Positions 39,058 through 47,680 of a stretch of 64,000 bases of DNA are shown here, piece after piece (the stretch's first letter is position 1; every line of letters starts with the position of its first letter). The stretch covers positions 1,308 through 65,307 of the forward strand of contig MHBE01000047.1 of the NCBI GenBank assembly GCA_001803205.1, written 5' to 3'. Origin of the DNA: Lentisphaerae bacterium GWF2_38_69 (GTDB lineage Bacteria; Verrucomicrobiota; Lentisphaeria; Victivallales; GWF2-38-69). The translations under genes and the position numbers were made by a program. Under the pieces are notes generated by a model, which was given only the letters and a program-made list of their open reading frames with translations, did no database searches and was not told the origin of the DNA.

Positions 39058-40377
39058 TTATCTACGATTATGTGTCATTATATCAAGAATTACATCATCT
39101 GTTCTCTGCATACCCGAACTAGCCAGTTCTCCAATATTTCTTATAGTCTCCTCTACATTGCTGGCAACTATACCTTCTCCTCCATGAAGCGATTTGTTGT
39201 TCTGCGCAAGCATAGCTCCGTCAAATGCGGCGTAAATACCTGTAGCAATCTTCATAGCGCATGAAGCCTTGGCTCCATCGCAGATCATTCCTGAGATAGT
39301 CCCGAGCGTATTAATTATAGCATTTGATACAGTGTTCAGATCTTCGTCATCAAGGAAAGCTATAGCTCCGCTTACAGCCGCAGCTGCGCAAACGGCGCCG
39401 CAGTAAGCCGAAAGTTCGCCTACCTTGGTTTTGATATGAACCGTAGTTAAATGTGAAAAAAATAGCGCCCGAAGAAGTTTGTCATGGTCTATTTTCTTTT
39501 CCTTGCAGTATTTAATAAGCGGCAAAGACGCAGTCATTCCCTGATTTCCGCTCCCGCTTGTAATCATTACAGGCATGGCGCATCCGCTCATTCTTGCATC
39601 GCTTCCAGCCGCGGCATAGCTTGCGCAGACATTCTTCCTGTCATATCCATAGAACCCCTGCCCTATGGTTTTCATTATACAGCTGCCTAAATTTACTCCG
39701 TAGGTCTCTTTTAATCCCTCTTCAGCTATATTGGAATTCAATTCTATGACTCTTTCAAATATTGGTTTTATTAACTGAATATCAATGACCTTAGCCATAT
39801 TATAAAGAAGCTCCACAGATAATATCTTTCTATCTGTAAGAGGAGTATTGAAGCTCGATTCAGTACAGGCTCTCTTGGCAATCAACTTACCGTCCTTCTC
39901 AATCCTTGTTATATTTGTATGAAGAAGCTTTATCTCCACCAGAGCAGTTTTCTCTTCAGCAGAGAGCTCAATTCTGATATAAAGTTTCTCAGGAGCATGC
40001 TCATGAACAACTTCAATAGGGTGATCCTTCATCCAATCTACGACCTTTTTCATCTCTGTCTGCGTTACATCATGGATAACCATCAGCTCAAGTTCTGGTT
40101 TTCCAAGAAGCGCTCCCATAACAGCAGCAACTTCAATACCGATTCTGCCTCCACTGTTTGGCACGACTACGCTCTTAACATTCTTAATAATGTTTCCAGA
40201 AACAAAAACTTTCATTTTATCAGGCTCGCATCCCAGAACCTCTTTCGTTTTAGCTGCAGCGTAAGCAATTGCTATAGGTTCAGTACATCCTTCGGCAGGG
40301 CGAACCTCTTCTCTGAGAATTGCCATTACTTTATTAATAGTATTCTTATCAATATCCATTATTGTCCCGTTTTTCAT
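39058..40377 (-). CDS. UPF0597 / serine-dehydratase-alpha-like protein (CyuA/YhaM-type L-cysteine desulfidase family)
   Basis: 439-aa. Family-typical N-terminus VRPAEGCTEPIAIAYAAAK, SGNQG and GMICDGAK motifs. Confidence 0.75.
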   Translation of the reverse strand: MKNGTIMDIDKNTINKVMAILREEVRPAEGCTEPIAIAYAAAKTKEVLGCEPDKMKVFVSGNIIKNVKSVVVPNSGGRIGIEVAAVMGALLGKPELELMVIHDVTQTEMKKVVDWMKDHPIEVVHEHAPEKLYIRIELSAEEKTALVEIKLLHTNITRIEKDGKLIAKRACTESSFNTPLTDRKILSVELLYNMAKVIDIQLIKPIFERVIELNSNIAEEGLKETYGVNLGSCIMKTIGQGFYGYDRKNVCASYAAAGSDARMSGCAMPVMITSGSGNQGMTASLPLIKYCKEKKIDHDKLLRALFFSHLTTVHIKTKVGELSAYCGAVCAAAAVSGAIAFLDDEDLNTVSNAIINTLGTISGMICDGAKASCAMKIATGIYAAFDGAMLAQNNKSLHGGEGIVASNVEETIRNIGELASSGMQRTDDVILDIMTHNRR

Positions 40378-40383
40378 AATTAT

Positions 40384-41952
40384 TTATATATAATCAGTTT
40401 CAGCTTTTACTTCTTCTGGTTTCTTCTTAAATTTTACAGCAAGATAAATAGTCAGTGCATTCATTATAGCAAAAATCAACATTATTGTTCCTTCGCTTAG
40501 TATTTTATGCCCCCCCCCGTAACTGCCCATATAAGAACACAAATATATAACAAAAGAAAATATCCACAGCCATAAAGAAGATTTCCATTGTTCAGCCATT
40601 TCAGCCTTGGTAGTATTGGTAATTATCTGAACAATCAGAGCTACAATCATACAGAATATCAGAAAATATATTGTAATGGAATTAACGCTCCACCCTACCC
40701 AATAAATAAAAAGAGTGCATAGGAATAATGACACATAAGTCCATACCCAGACAAAAGGAAGTTTGACATACCTCTTTCTTTCTGGGATCTGTAATCTCAA
40801 AGCAATAAGACATATCGGACCAAAGACAAATGTCAGAGCAAAAAGATATGTCAGCAAATCCGCTATCTGGTGCCAGCCCCTTGAAAAACTAAAAATAACA
40901 AGAGATATAAGGAAGTTAATCCAAATAGTAAAAAATGGAATTTGGTTTTTATTTGTTCTTACCAAGATTTTAGGCGCATATCCATTCACAGCAATTGACA
41001 AAAGCGACCTTGAAGCACAAGTACAATAAATAAGTCCTGACGCAAGAGGAGACACAATAGCTCCTATATAAAGTATAGGTATCATCCATTTTATAGAGTG
41101 TTCAGCCATAAGACTCGCAAAAGGAGAATTATTGTTCAACAAAGTCAAAGCTGCCCACCCTTCCTTAATATCACCTTTCTGAAGGCTTACAATAAAACTT
41201 GATTGGAGAACAAGAAATATGCCCATACATACCAGAATCGAACCTATCACAGCGAAAGGTATCGAAAATGAAGGCTTTTGAGCCTCTCCGCCAACTTCAC
41301 AGGCAGACTTGAATCCTATATAAGAAAATATTATGCCTCCAGTGGAGATCGCGGCAAATATTCCGTGAGCACCAAATGGCGAAAATTGAGATCCGAAAGG
41401 ATGAAATAAATTTTCCCACGAAAAATAGAGGATAAGAAGAAAAATCCCGATAAAAAGCGGTATCAATATTTTTACAAAGGTCATTATAAGATTGCACCTT
41501 GCCACCCACTTCATTGATATTGTGTTAACGATGCTCACTACAAAAAGTAGAACCGTCGCGGTTATATATCCTGAAAAGCTTAAGGATTCCTTCTGCGTCA
41601 TAAAACTAGGGAAATAGAAACAAAGATACTGGACGACAGCCTGAACCTCTATTACTACAAGAACAATATAAAGAAACCAGAAAGCAAGAGAACAGAAAAT
41701 TCCTATCACATTGCCATGGCTTATTTGAGGTATTCTAACGCTTCCTCCCGATACTGGTAAAAATGAAAAAACCTCGGCAAATGTAAAAGCAACTATCAGT
41801 ACAAGAAATCCTCCTATGATCCAGGATAGCAAGGCCGCAGGCCCTGCATTTTCAGTGGTATAAAACGAGCTAAAAAGCCACCCAGAACCCATTATAGAAC
41901 TTACAGATATAAAAAGTAGTCCCAACGGTGATATAGATCTGCCTGTTTTCAT
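40384..41952 (-). CDS. APC-superfamily amino acid permease
   Basis: 522-aa, ~12-14 TM. N-terminal SSIMGSGWLFSS and AGPAALLSWIIGG motifs. The stop is 6 nt from the start of the desulfidase-like gene. Confidence 0.85.
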   Translation of the reverse strand: MKTGRSISPLGLLFISVSSIMGSGWLFSSFYTTENAGPAALLSWIIGGFLVLIVAFTFAEVFSFLPVSGGSVRIPQISHGNVIGIFCSLAFWFLYIVLVVIEVQAVVQYLCFYFPSFMTQKESLSFSGYITATVLLFVVSIVNTISMKWVARCNLIMTFVKILIPLFIGIFLLILYFSWENLFHPFGSQFSPFGAHGIFAAISTGGIIFSYIGFKSACEVGGEAQKPSFSIPFAVIGSILVCMGIFLVLQSSFIVSLQKGDIKEGWAALTLLNNNSPFASLMAEHSIKWMIPILYIGAIVSPLASGLIYCTCASRSLLSIAVNGYAPKILVRTNKNQIPFFTIWINFLISLVIFSFSRGWHQIADLLTYLFALTFVFGPICLIALRLQIPERKRYVKLPFVWVWTYVSLFLCTLFIYWVGWSVNSITIYFLIFCMIVALIVQIITNTTKAEMAEQWKSSLWLWIFSFVIYLCSYMGSYGGGHKILSEGTIMLIFAIMNALTIYLAVKFKKKPEEVKAETDYI

Positions 41953-42115
41953 TTTCCCTCTATTCTCCCTATATTTCGATAATTAGTAATGTCCGGATTA
42001 CAATTACTCATTATATGTATCGACGGTTTTCATTCAAGTTACCTGAGTTATAATCCAAGTCTTTAATTTTCATTCTTCCCAAGTTATACTTTTTATAAAA
42101 GAAGGAGTCCTCTTT

Positions 42116-43552
42116 ATGAAAAAAACAAAAATAATAGCTACAATCGGACCGGCTTCAGATAATTTCGAAACAATCGAAAGAATGGCTTTGGCAGGTATGA
42201 ATGTGTGCCGACTCAATTTCTCATTCGGCACGCCTGAAGAGCATTTTGATATGATTAAAAAAGTCAGGGATGTCAGCGCAAAACTCAATAAACCTTTGGC
42301 TATAATCCAATGCATACAAGGTCCAAAGATCAGAATGGGAAAACTAAAAGCTCCGGTAACTGTGAAAAAAGACCAGCTTTTTGTACTTACAGGGAGAACC
42401 GAACACAAAGATGAATATACTCTGCCTACTACTTACGAGCAGATTGCATCAGACACTGAAGTTGGAAAAACGATTCTGATAGCTGACGGCAAAATAATAG
42501 CTCAAGTTGTTTCTGTCGATAAGGGTAAAAAAGAAGTCACCTGCAAAGTAACAGAAGGAGGAACAATACTTACCGGCAAGGGAATCAATCTGCCATATAC
42601 AAAGATATCCCTCCCGTCTCTAACTCCTAAAGATATTGAGGATGTCAAATTTGCAGTAAAATCCGGAAATATTGATTATATTGACATGTCTTTTGTAAGA
42701 CATCCTGAGGATGTATCAAAACTGCGCACAATACTCAAAGAGCTTGGAGGAGAAAATATCGGAATTATAGCAAAAATAGAGAAACCAGAAGCTGTGGAAA
42801 ATATTGACGGTATCATAGATGAAGCTGACGGTATAATGGTAGCCAGAGGAGATCTTGCTGATGAAGTCTCTTTTGCCAAAGTCCCGGTTATTCAAAAGGA
42901 AATAATAAGAAAAGCCAGTAAGAAAGGCAAGTTTACAATAGTAGCTACTGAAATGCTTAGTTCTATGGTTGATAACCAGCTCCCGACCAGGGCTGAAGCA
43001 AGCGATGTGGCTAATGCCGTTTTCGACGGAACCGATTGCGTAATGCTCTCTAACGAATCTGCAATGGGCAAATTCCCGGTGGAATCAGTCAAAGTAATGG
43101 CTGAAATTGTTATTGAAGCAGAAAAATCCATTTATAGGGATGGTTATTCCCCTAAATTTGAACTTCCGGATGTCCATAAACTCAATGAAGCTATCTGTAA
43201 AGCAGCATCAGAGCTTTCCTATACTCTGGACAATGAGGTTATGGCAGTTTTTTCCAGAAGCGGGCTTACAGCGAGAATACTTTCCAAATTCAGACCAGAG
43301 TGCAGCATTTTCGCCGCTACCTTAAGCCGCAAAACCTATCAACAGCTGGCGATAGTCCATAACATTAATCCTATATTCATCGATGATGCTCAACTGGGAA
43401 ATAATCCGTATGTAACAATCCCTACTATGATTAAGAAATATCTTCTTGACAATAAACTAGCATCCAAAGGCCAGAAAATGATAGGCATTACTGGAAATTT
43501 CGATACTGAACAACAGTGGGAAATCAATACAATCAGAGTCCATGCAATATAA
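42116..43552 (+). CDS. pyk: Pyruvate kinase
   Basis: 478-aa. MKKTKIIATIGPAS, NVCRLNFSFG, MVARGDL, ATEMLSSM, and a C-terminal regulatory domain. Confidence 0.95.
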   Translation: MKKTKIIATIGPASDNFETIERMALAGMNVCRLNFSFGTPEEHFDMIKKVRDVSAKLNKPLAIIQCIQGPKIRMGKLKAPVTVKKDQLFVLTGRTEHKDEYTLPTTYEQIASDTEVGKTILIADGKIIAQVVSVDKGKKEVTCKVTEGGTILTGKGINLPYTKISLPSLTPKDIEDVKFAVKSGNIDYIDMSFVRHPEDVSKLRTILKELGGENIGIIAKIEKPEAVENIDGIIDEADGIMVARGDLADEVSFAKVPVIQKEIIRKASKKGKFTIVATEMLSSMVDNQLPTRAEASDVANAVFDGTDCVMLSNESAMGKFPVESVKVMAEIVIEAEKSIYRDGYSPKFELPDVHKLNEAICKAASELSYTLDNEVMAVFSRSGLTARILSKFRPECSIFAATLSRKTYQQLAIVHNINPIFIDDAQLGNNPYVTIPTMIKKYLLDNKLASKGQKMIGITGNFDTEQQWEINTIRVHAI

Positions 43553-43613
43553 TACTACTTTTGAACTTGATTGAGCATTTATTAAAAAATTAAGAAAAGG
43601 AAACATAACAATA

Positions 43614-44780
43614 ATGTCATCGACCAATAGCCCCTATTATATAAAAGTTGTTTCCTTGTTGCTTATATTTTTTATTCTTTTTTCTCTTAAGGCTGCTGAA
43701 TATATGGCTATAGTTGATGCCGGCAGTTCAGGCACAAGAGTATACTTTTATAAACTGACCCAAAAAAACTCCCTCCCTCAAGTAGAGGAAATCAAACTGG
43801 AAAACAATACTCTGGAACCAAGCGTCTTAGCATATATAAAATGGCCAAAGGAACTTTCCGATTATCTTGATTCTCTTTTTAAAAGTTTAATAACTGTATC
43901 CTCTGAAAGAGGGATAAAAACCGAGGATATAGAAGTATATGTGCTTGCTACAGCTGGGCTAAGAATAGTATCTCCTAAAGAAAGAGAAATATTTTATACA
44001 TGTCTTACCGATTATATAAAAAATAAAAAATTTGCATTTGCATACGCAGGAATGATCACCGGACATATGGAAGGAATATTTGACTGGGTGGCAGTCAATT
44101 ACCTTCTAAATACCTTTTCAGAAGACAAAAAAAGTGTAGGGGTGTTGGATCTTGGAGGCGGATCAACCCAGATAGCTTTTGAAACTCAGGAAGTAAGCAT
44201 ATTTGAATCAAAGATTAAGATTGGAAATAAAACTTATAATCTCTACTCCAGAAGTTATCTTGGCATTGGAATGGATTATGCGAGATATCAATTTTCAAAT
44301 CATCCCGAGTGCTGGCCTAAGGGCTACCCTATGCCGTCTACTCATATCAAAGCGGATCCTGATTTTTCAGAAGGTGTTAGAGATTTTTCTATGCTGATAA
44401 ATCTATTCCATAACCTGAATGGTTATAAGGATCTTAATCCTCCGGATGACATGGATTTCATAGGAATCAGAGGATACTATCATGTCGCTAACGCAAAAGC
44501 TTTGCATCTTAATTCAACTTTCACTTTGAAAGAGCTGCAACAAGCCGGCACTAACTTCAGCAAACTCTCATGGCAGGAACTCGAAAAAAATTATCCTGAT
44601 GATCCCTATCTTTTTGCTCATCTGATTCATTTGCAGCTTATTACTGCTTTGTTCAAATACGAATATGATTTCCATTCAGACAAAGAAATTCAAACATGCA
44701 ATAAAATTAACGGAACAGCTGTTTCCCTGGCATTAGGGGCTGCTATATACTTCTATGAAGGAAATAGGTTTAAAAATTAA
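43614..44780 (+). CDS. GDA1/CD39-family nucleoside tri/diphosphatase (NTPDase, apyrase-like), membrane-anchored or secreted
   Basis: 388-aa. All apyrase conserved regions are present: ACR1 IVDAGSSGTRVYFY, ACR2 ATAGLR, ACR3 GHMEGIFDWVAVNYL, ACR4 LDLGGGSTQIAFE, ACR5-like SLALGAAIY. Hydrophobic N-terminal anchor. Confidence 0.85.
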   Translation: MSSTNSPYYIKVVSLLLIFFILFSLKAAEYMAIVDAGSSGTRVYFYKLTQKNSLPQVEEIKLENNTLEPSVLAYIKWPKELSDYLDSLFKSLITVSSERGIKTEDIEVYVLATAGLRIVSPKEREIFYTCLTDYIKNKKFAFAYAGMITGHMEGIFDWVAVNYLLNTFSEDKKSVGVLDLGGGSTQIAFETQEVSIFESKIKIGNKTYNLYSRSYLGIGMDYARYQFSNHPECWPKGYPMPSTHIKADPDFSEGVRDFSMLINLFHNLNGYKDLNPPDDMDFIGIRGYYHVANAKALHLNSTFTLKELQQAGTNFSKLSWQELEKNYPDDPYLFAHLIHLQLITALFKYEYDFHSDKEIQTCNKINGTAVSLALGAAIYFYEGNRFKN

Positions 44781-44803
44781 GACGCTTTAAGGATGATACT
44801 AAT

Positions 44804-45042
44804 ATGATTTTTAATAAAAACATTAGACTTATATCTATCTTTGTTCTTTTCGCTTTTACCTTGCTTCCTGTAATAGCTTCGGAATTCCTTCCAGACTGGA
44901 ATGACGGAGAATAATCGGGAAAAAACCTATTGTCGCTGTAGGCAACAGTTCCGGAGATATTGCAATGCTGACATATACAAGACAGAATAACCCTAAAACT
45001 CTCTGTCTCATCATTAACCATACTGATGCAGTAAGAGAATAA
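44804..45042 (+). pseudogene. Remnant of a secreted HAD-family phosphatase (signal peptide plus WNDG N-terminus joined out of frame to the C-terminal GNSxGD segment)
   Basis: ORF 44804-44914 encodes MIFNKNIRLISIFVLFAFTLLPVIASEFLPDWNDGE*. A different frame, 44905-45042, encodes RRIIGKKPIVAVGNSSGDIAMLTYTRQNNPKTLCLIINHTDAVRE* (HAD motif IV region). The ~200-aa core between them is absent. Confidence 0.55.
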
Positions 45043-45059
45043 TTGTTTTTTTTAATTGA

Positions 45060-45474
45060 TATATAAGGGAAATCAGACAAGCAATAATTAAACTATTGTC
45101 AGCTAAGAATTGGACTCAAGAACAACTCGGTACTGAAGTAGGAGTTGAGAAAGCCTCTGTTAATCAATGGCTGCTTACTAACGGGAAAGGCACAAAAAGC
45201 ATTAACGAAATAATATGGGATCGCCTCTTCCCCTTGATTATGGAATATCTGCCGAAGGAAAGAATAGGAGGGACTCTGTTAACTGGTTACTACTATATAA
45301 GCGATACGGATTATGACAATAAACAAACAATTCCGCTCCCATTCAACGGCAATGGAGCATACGAGGAGCTTAAAAATTGATAGCCTGCCTAACCAAGTAG
45401 CGGCTAAAGGCTTTTATGAAGGATTAAAACACATAATTAAAGATTATAGGGAGCAAATAGAAAAGATAAAATAA
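45060..45474 (+). pseudogene. XRE-type helix-turn-helix protein gene, lacking a start codon and frameshifted
   Basis: The in-frame sequence YIREIRQAIIKLLSAKNWTQEQLGTEVGVEKASVNQWL is a classic XRE HTH but has no ATG (only TTG at 45096, inside helix 1). The frame ends at 45380 after an A5 run, and the +1 frame continues as DSLPNQVAAKGFYEGLKHIIKDYREQIEKIK* to 45474. Confidence 0.5.
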
Positions 45475-45797
45475 TTATTTTTTGCTGAAGAGTTAAGGAT
45501 TTACTTAGTTTATTGCATGCGTATTTGAATAGTATTTTTATCTGTCTATTGCTTAGTTTTGATAAGTCCATAATGATTTCCTTTTTTAATAATTTGTATA
45601 ATATAAAAACTAAGGATGTTTTTTTAGAACTGATATCCTTATCAGTTTGTTGCAACAATTTAGATTATAACATTATACATCAAAAAAATCTTTAGATAAC
45701 TTTTATTATTTTTATATGAAAAATATAATTATATGTACAATATATTTTTCCATTAGTATTATCCTCAATATTATTAATTATTGCTATTACTGGTTAC

Positions 45798-46085
45798 ATG
45801 CCTAATAGTTTTTATGTAATTTTAAGAATAATTATAACAGGAACATGTCTGTATTATATATACTTTATATCCAGTGAATTAAGTCCTTATGACTCTTTTA
45901 ATCTAAAAACAATAATATTAGGACTATCTTTTACTCCTTTATGCCTGTTTGCAATAGTTTATAATCCTATTTTTATAGTTCATTTTAAAAAATCAGCCGG
46001 AAATAAAGTTAATATACTAGTATTAATATTTTTTATATTATTAATATTTAGTATTTCTAAATTAATAAAAACCAATCGTTTATAA
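45798..46085 (+). CDS. Small hydrophobic protein (3 predicted TM), hypothetical
   Basis: 95-aa ORF in the AT-rich island core. The motif AIVYNPIFIVHF resembles a small-membrane-protein family I recall only vaguely. Confidence 0.4.
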   Translation: MPNSFYVILRIIITGTCLYYIYFISSELSPYDSFNLKTIILGLSFTPLCLFAIVYNPIFIVHFKKSAGNKVNILVLIFFILLIFSISKLIKTNRL

Positions 46086-46250
46086 AACTCTCTCCCTTAT
46101 ACTTCTGGCCTTGGTTAATTCTTTGGGCACTCATCGTTTGGCTCTATCAAAAAATAACATCCATGTCAACCAACAACTAACTATTAAATATTTGTCAAGT
46201 CCTATCTGTCCCATTAGTCTTATATGTCCTCTTAAAAGAAACTGAACTTT

Positions 46251-46983
46251 ATGCTCACTAAACAGAAAAAATCCGATAACTGGTACGCAGTCTTTAAAGT
46301 TGACCGTAAATTGAAATGGATCAGCTTAAAAACTGAAAAAAAGAAGATTGCTGAAGCCCGTTATAATGGCCTCAAGAAACGCTTTGATGAAGATAGAGAC
46401 TTACAGAAAGCTGGTTCTTTTGTCGGAATTAATCACGAACCTACGAAAGAGTTTCAGATCCGGCACCTCCCGAAATGCAAACTTAACCTCTCCGAACTTG
46501 TCGAGAAGCACGAGCAATTAAAACCAATCCCGCCCGGTAATATGAAGTGGCTAAAGATATTTTTAGCCTGGATGACAGACAAGCACCCGGCAATTATCGA
46601 CGCTGCCGAAATAGATTTTGATATGGCAATAAACTTTATGCGCAAAGAATACGGCAAGAAGTCAGGAAAGACCTTTAACAATGTGAAATTTGCCCTCTCT
46701 GCTGTTTGGAAAGTTTTAATATCATACGGACTTGTGAATTACTGGACGATGATACCGAGCAAGGAAAAAGATCCTAAACATTACCGATACAGATAAAGGC
46801 AAGGCCAGCTTTCACAGCCTTCGCAAAACTTTTGTAACACGCTGCAAGGCGGCCAAAATAGACACAAAAACAGTAGCGGGAATTGTTGGACATATGGACG
46901 AAGAACTAACTACTTATTATAACAGTAATCACGATGAGGCAAAAGCTATTTTAGCACTCCCTTCTTATGTAAAAAGTGGCTAA
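46251..46983 (+). pseudogene. Tyrosine recombinase (phage-type integrase) pseudogene with internal deletion/frameshift
   Basis: 46251-46796 encodes the N-terminal arm/SAM-like region (...WYAVFKVDRKLKWISLKTEKKKIAEARY...). A second frame, 46753-46983, encodes only the catalytic tail ...KASFHSLRKTFVTRC...GIVGHMDEELTTYYNSN... (HxxR, H, Y). The segment carrying the first catalytic Arg and Lys is missing. Confidence 0.75.
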
Positions 46984-47050
46984 GGTTTTGGCTAAGGTGT
47001 TTTTCTTTAATTGCTATTAATAATCTTTAACATTTGAGGCTAAATAGAAG

Positions 47051-47419
47051 TGGAGGTGGGGGGAATCGAACCCCCGTCCTAAATAAGCTTTCTGCAGACA
47101 TCTACATGTGTATCTTGTCTTTAGTGTTTATCGTCCTCCGGATTTGCCGGCAAACAGGCTTCTTTCAGACTACTCTTCCTAAGCTTTCAGTTTCAACCCG
47201 AAAGATAGAAGCTGAAACCTAAGCAGTATTAAGAGTATACCTTACTGCTATATGGCATACAATTTACAGTGCTACTTAAGTATTAAGCAGCGAGAGGCAT
47301 TGCTGCCCCAAAGTCTGTAGTTTTTGCATTTATTTGTTAATCGATGATTTACGAGGCCAACGATCATCCTCGACACGCCATCTGCATTCTACCGACCTAG
47401 TCGAAACCTGAACACCCCC
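47051..47419 (-). ncRNA. ssrA: tmRNA (SsrA)
   Basis: The reverse strand reads GGGGGUGUUCAGGUUUCGAC...GGACGGGGGUUCGAUUCCCCCCACCUCCA. It has a 7-bp acceptor stem with the G3:U wobble, a T-arm GGGGG-UUCGAUU-CCCCC, and an internal tag frame GCA AAA ACU ACA GAC UUU GGG GCA GCA AUG CCU CUC GCU GCU UAA. The 3' CCA is not encoded. Confidence 0.95.
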
Positions 47420-47654
47420 GATTAACATAGCAAACAAAATGACAAATTTTGAAAGAACTTCAAGTAAATCAATTACTTAAATTGTATAAGAAAATAACAT
47501 ACTTAGTAGAAAAAACAATCTAATGATGCATTTTAGAGGAAAGGAAAAGTTAGACAAGGTGTCAAATTACTACTTATGAAGTACAATAGATTTTAAGTCT
47601 GATGTAGTAGCCATGTTAAGCCTAAGAAGCTCTCATGGTGAAAATTCGGGCACT

Positions 47655-47678
47655 GCGGGCTGAGATCCCGCTTTTTTT
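47655..47678 (+). terminator. Intrinsic-terminator-like hairpin with plus-strand polarity
   Basis: GCGGG-CTGAGAT-CCCGC followed by T7 on the plus strand. It sits 3 nt beyond the stop of the minus-strand SDR gene, whose own strand has no U-run directly after the stem. Confidence 0.5.
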
Positions 47679-47680
47679 AT

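Larger units (their letters stand above)
45043..47050. mobile_element. Decayed integrative island remnant adjacent to the tmRNA 3' end
   Basis: An integrase pseudogene ends 68 nt from the tmRNA 3' end. The core (about 45.4-46.25 kb) is very AT-rich and carries only small or decayed ORFs. The left boundary is not defined, because no copy of the tmRNA 3' end was found. Confidence 0.5.

Noticed and set aside
44153-44169. GGAGGCGGATCAACCC, which resembles the tmRNA 3' end and could be the missing left att site of the island
   Set aside because: The match is short and interrupted, and it lies inside the NTPDase ACR4 codons (LGGGSTQ). It is explained by coding constraint.
47034-47222. 62-aa plus-strand ORF (MRLNRSGGGGNRTPV...)
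   Set aside because: It is the antisense read-through of the tmRNA T-arm and acceptor region, not a gene.
47655-47671. CUGAGA in the hairpin loop, reminiscent of the TPP riboswitch core
   Set aside because: None of the remaining TPP-riboswitch consensus (the ACCC...GAACCUGAUC...GGGA helices) is present. The similarity is a coincidental hexamer in a terminator loop.
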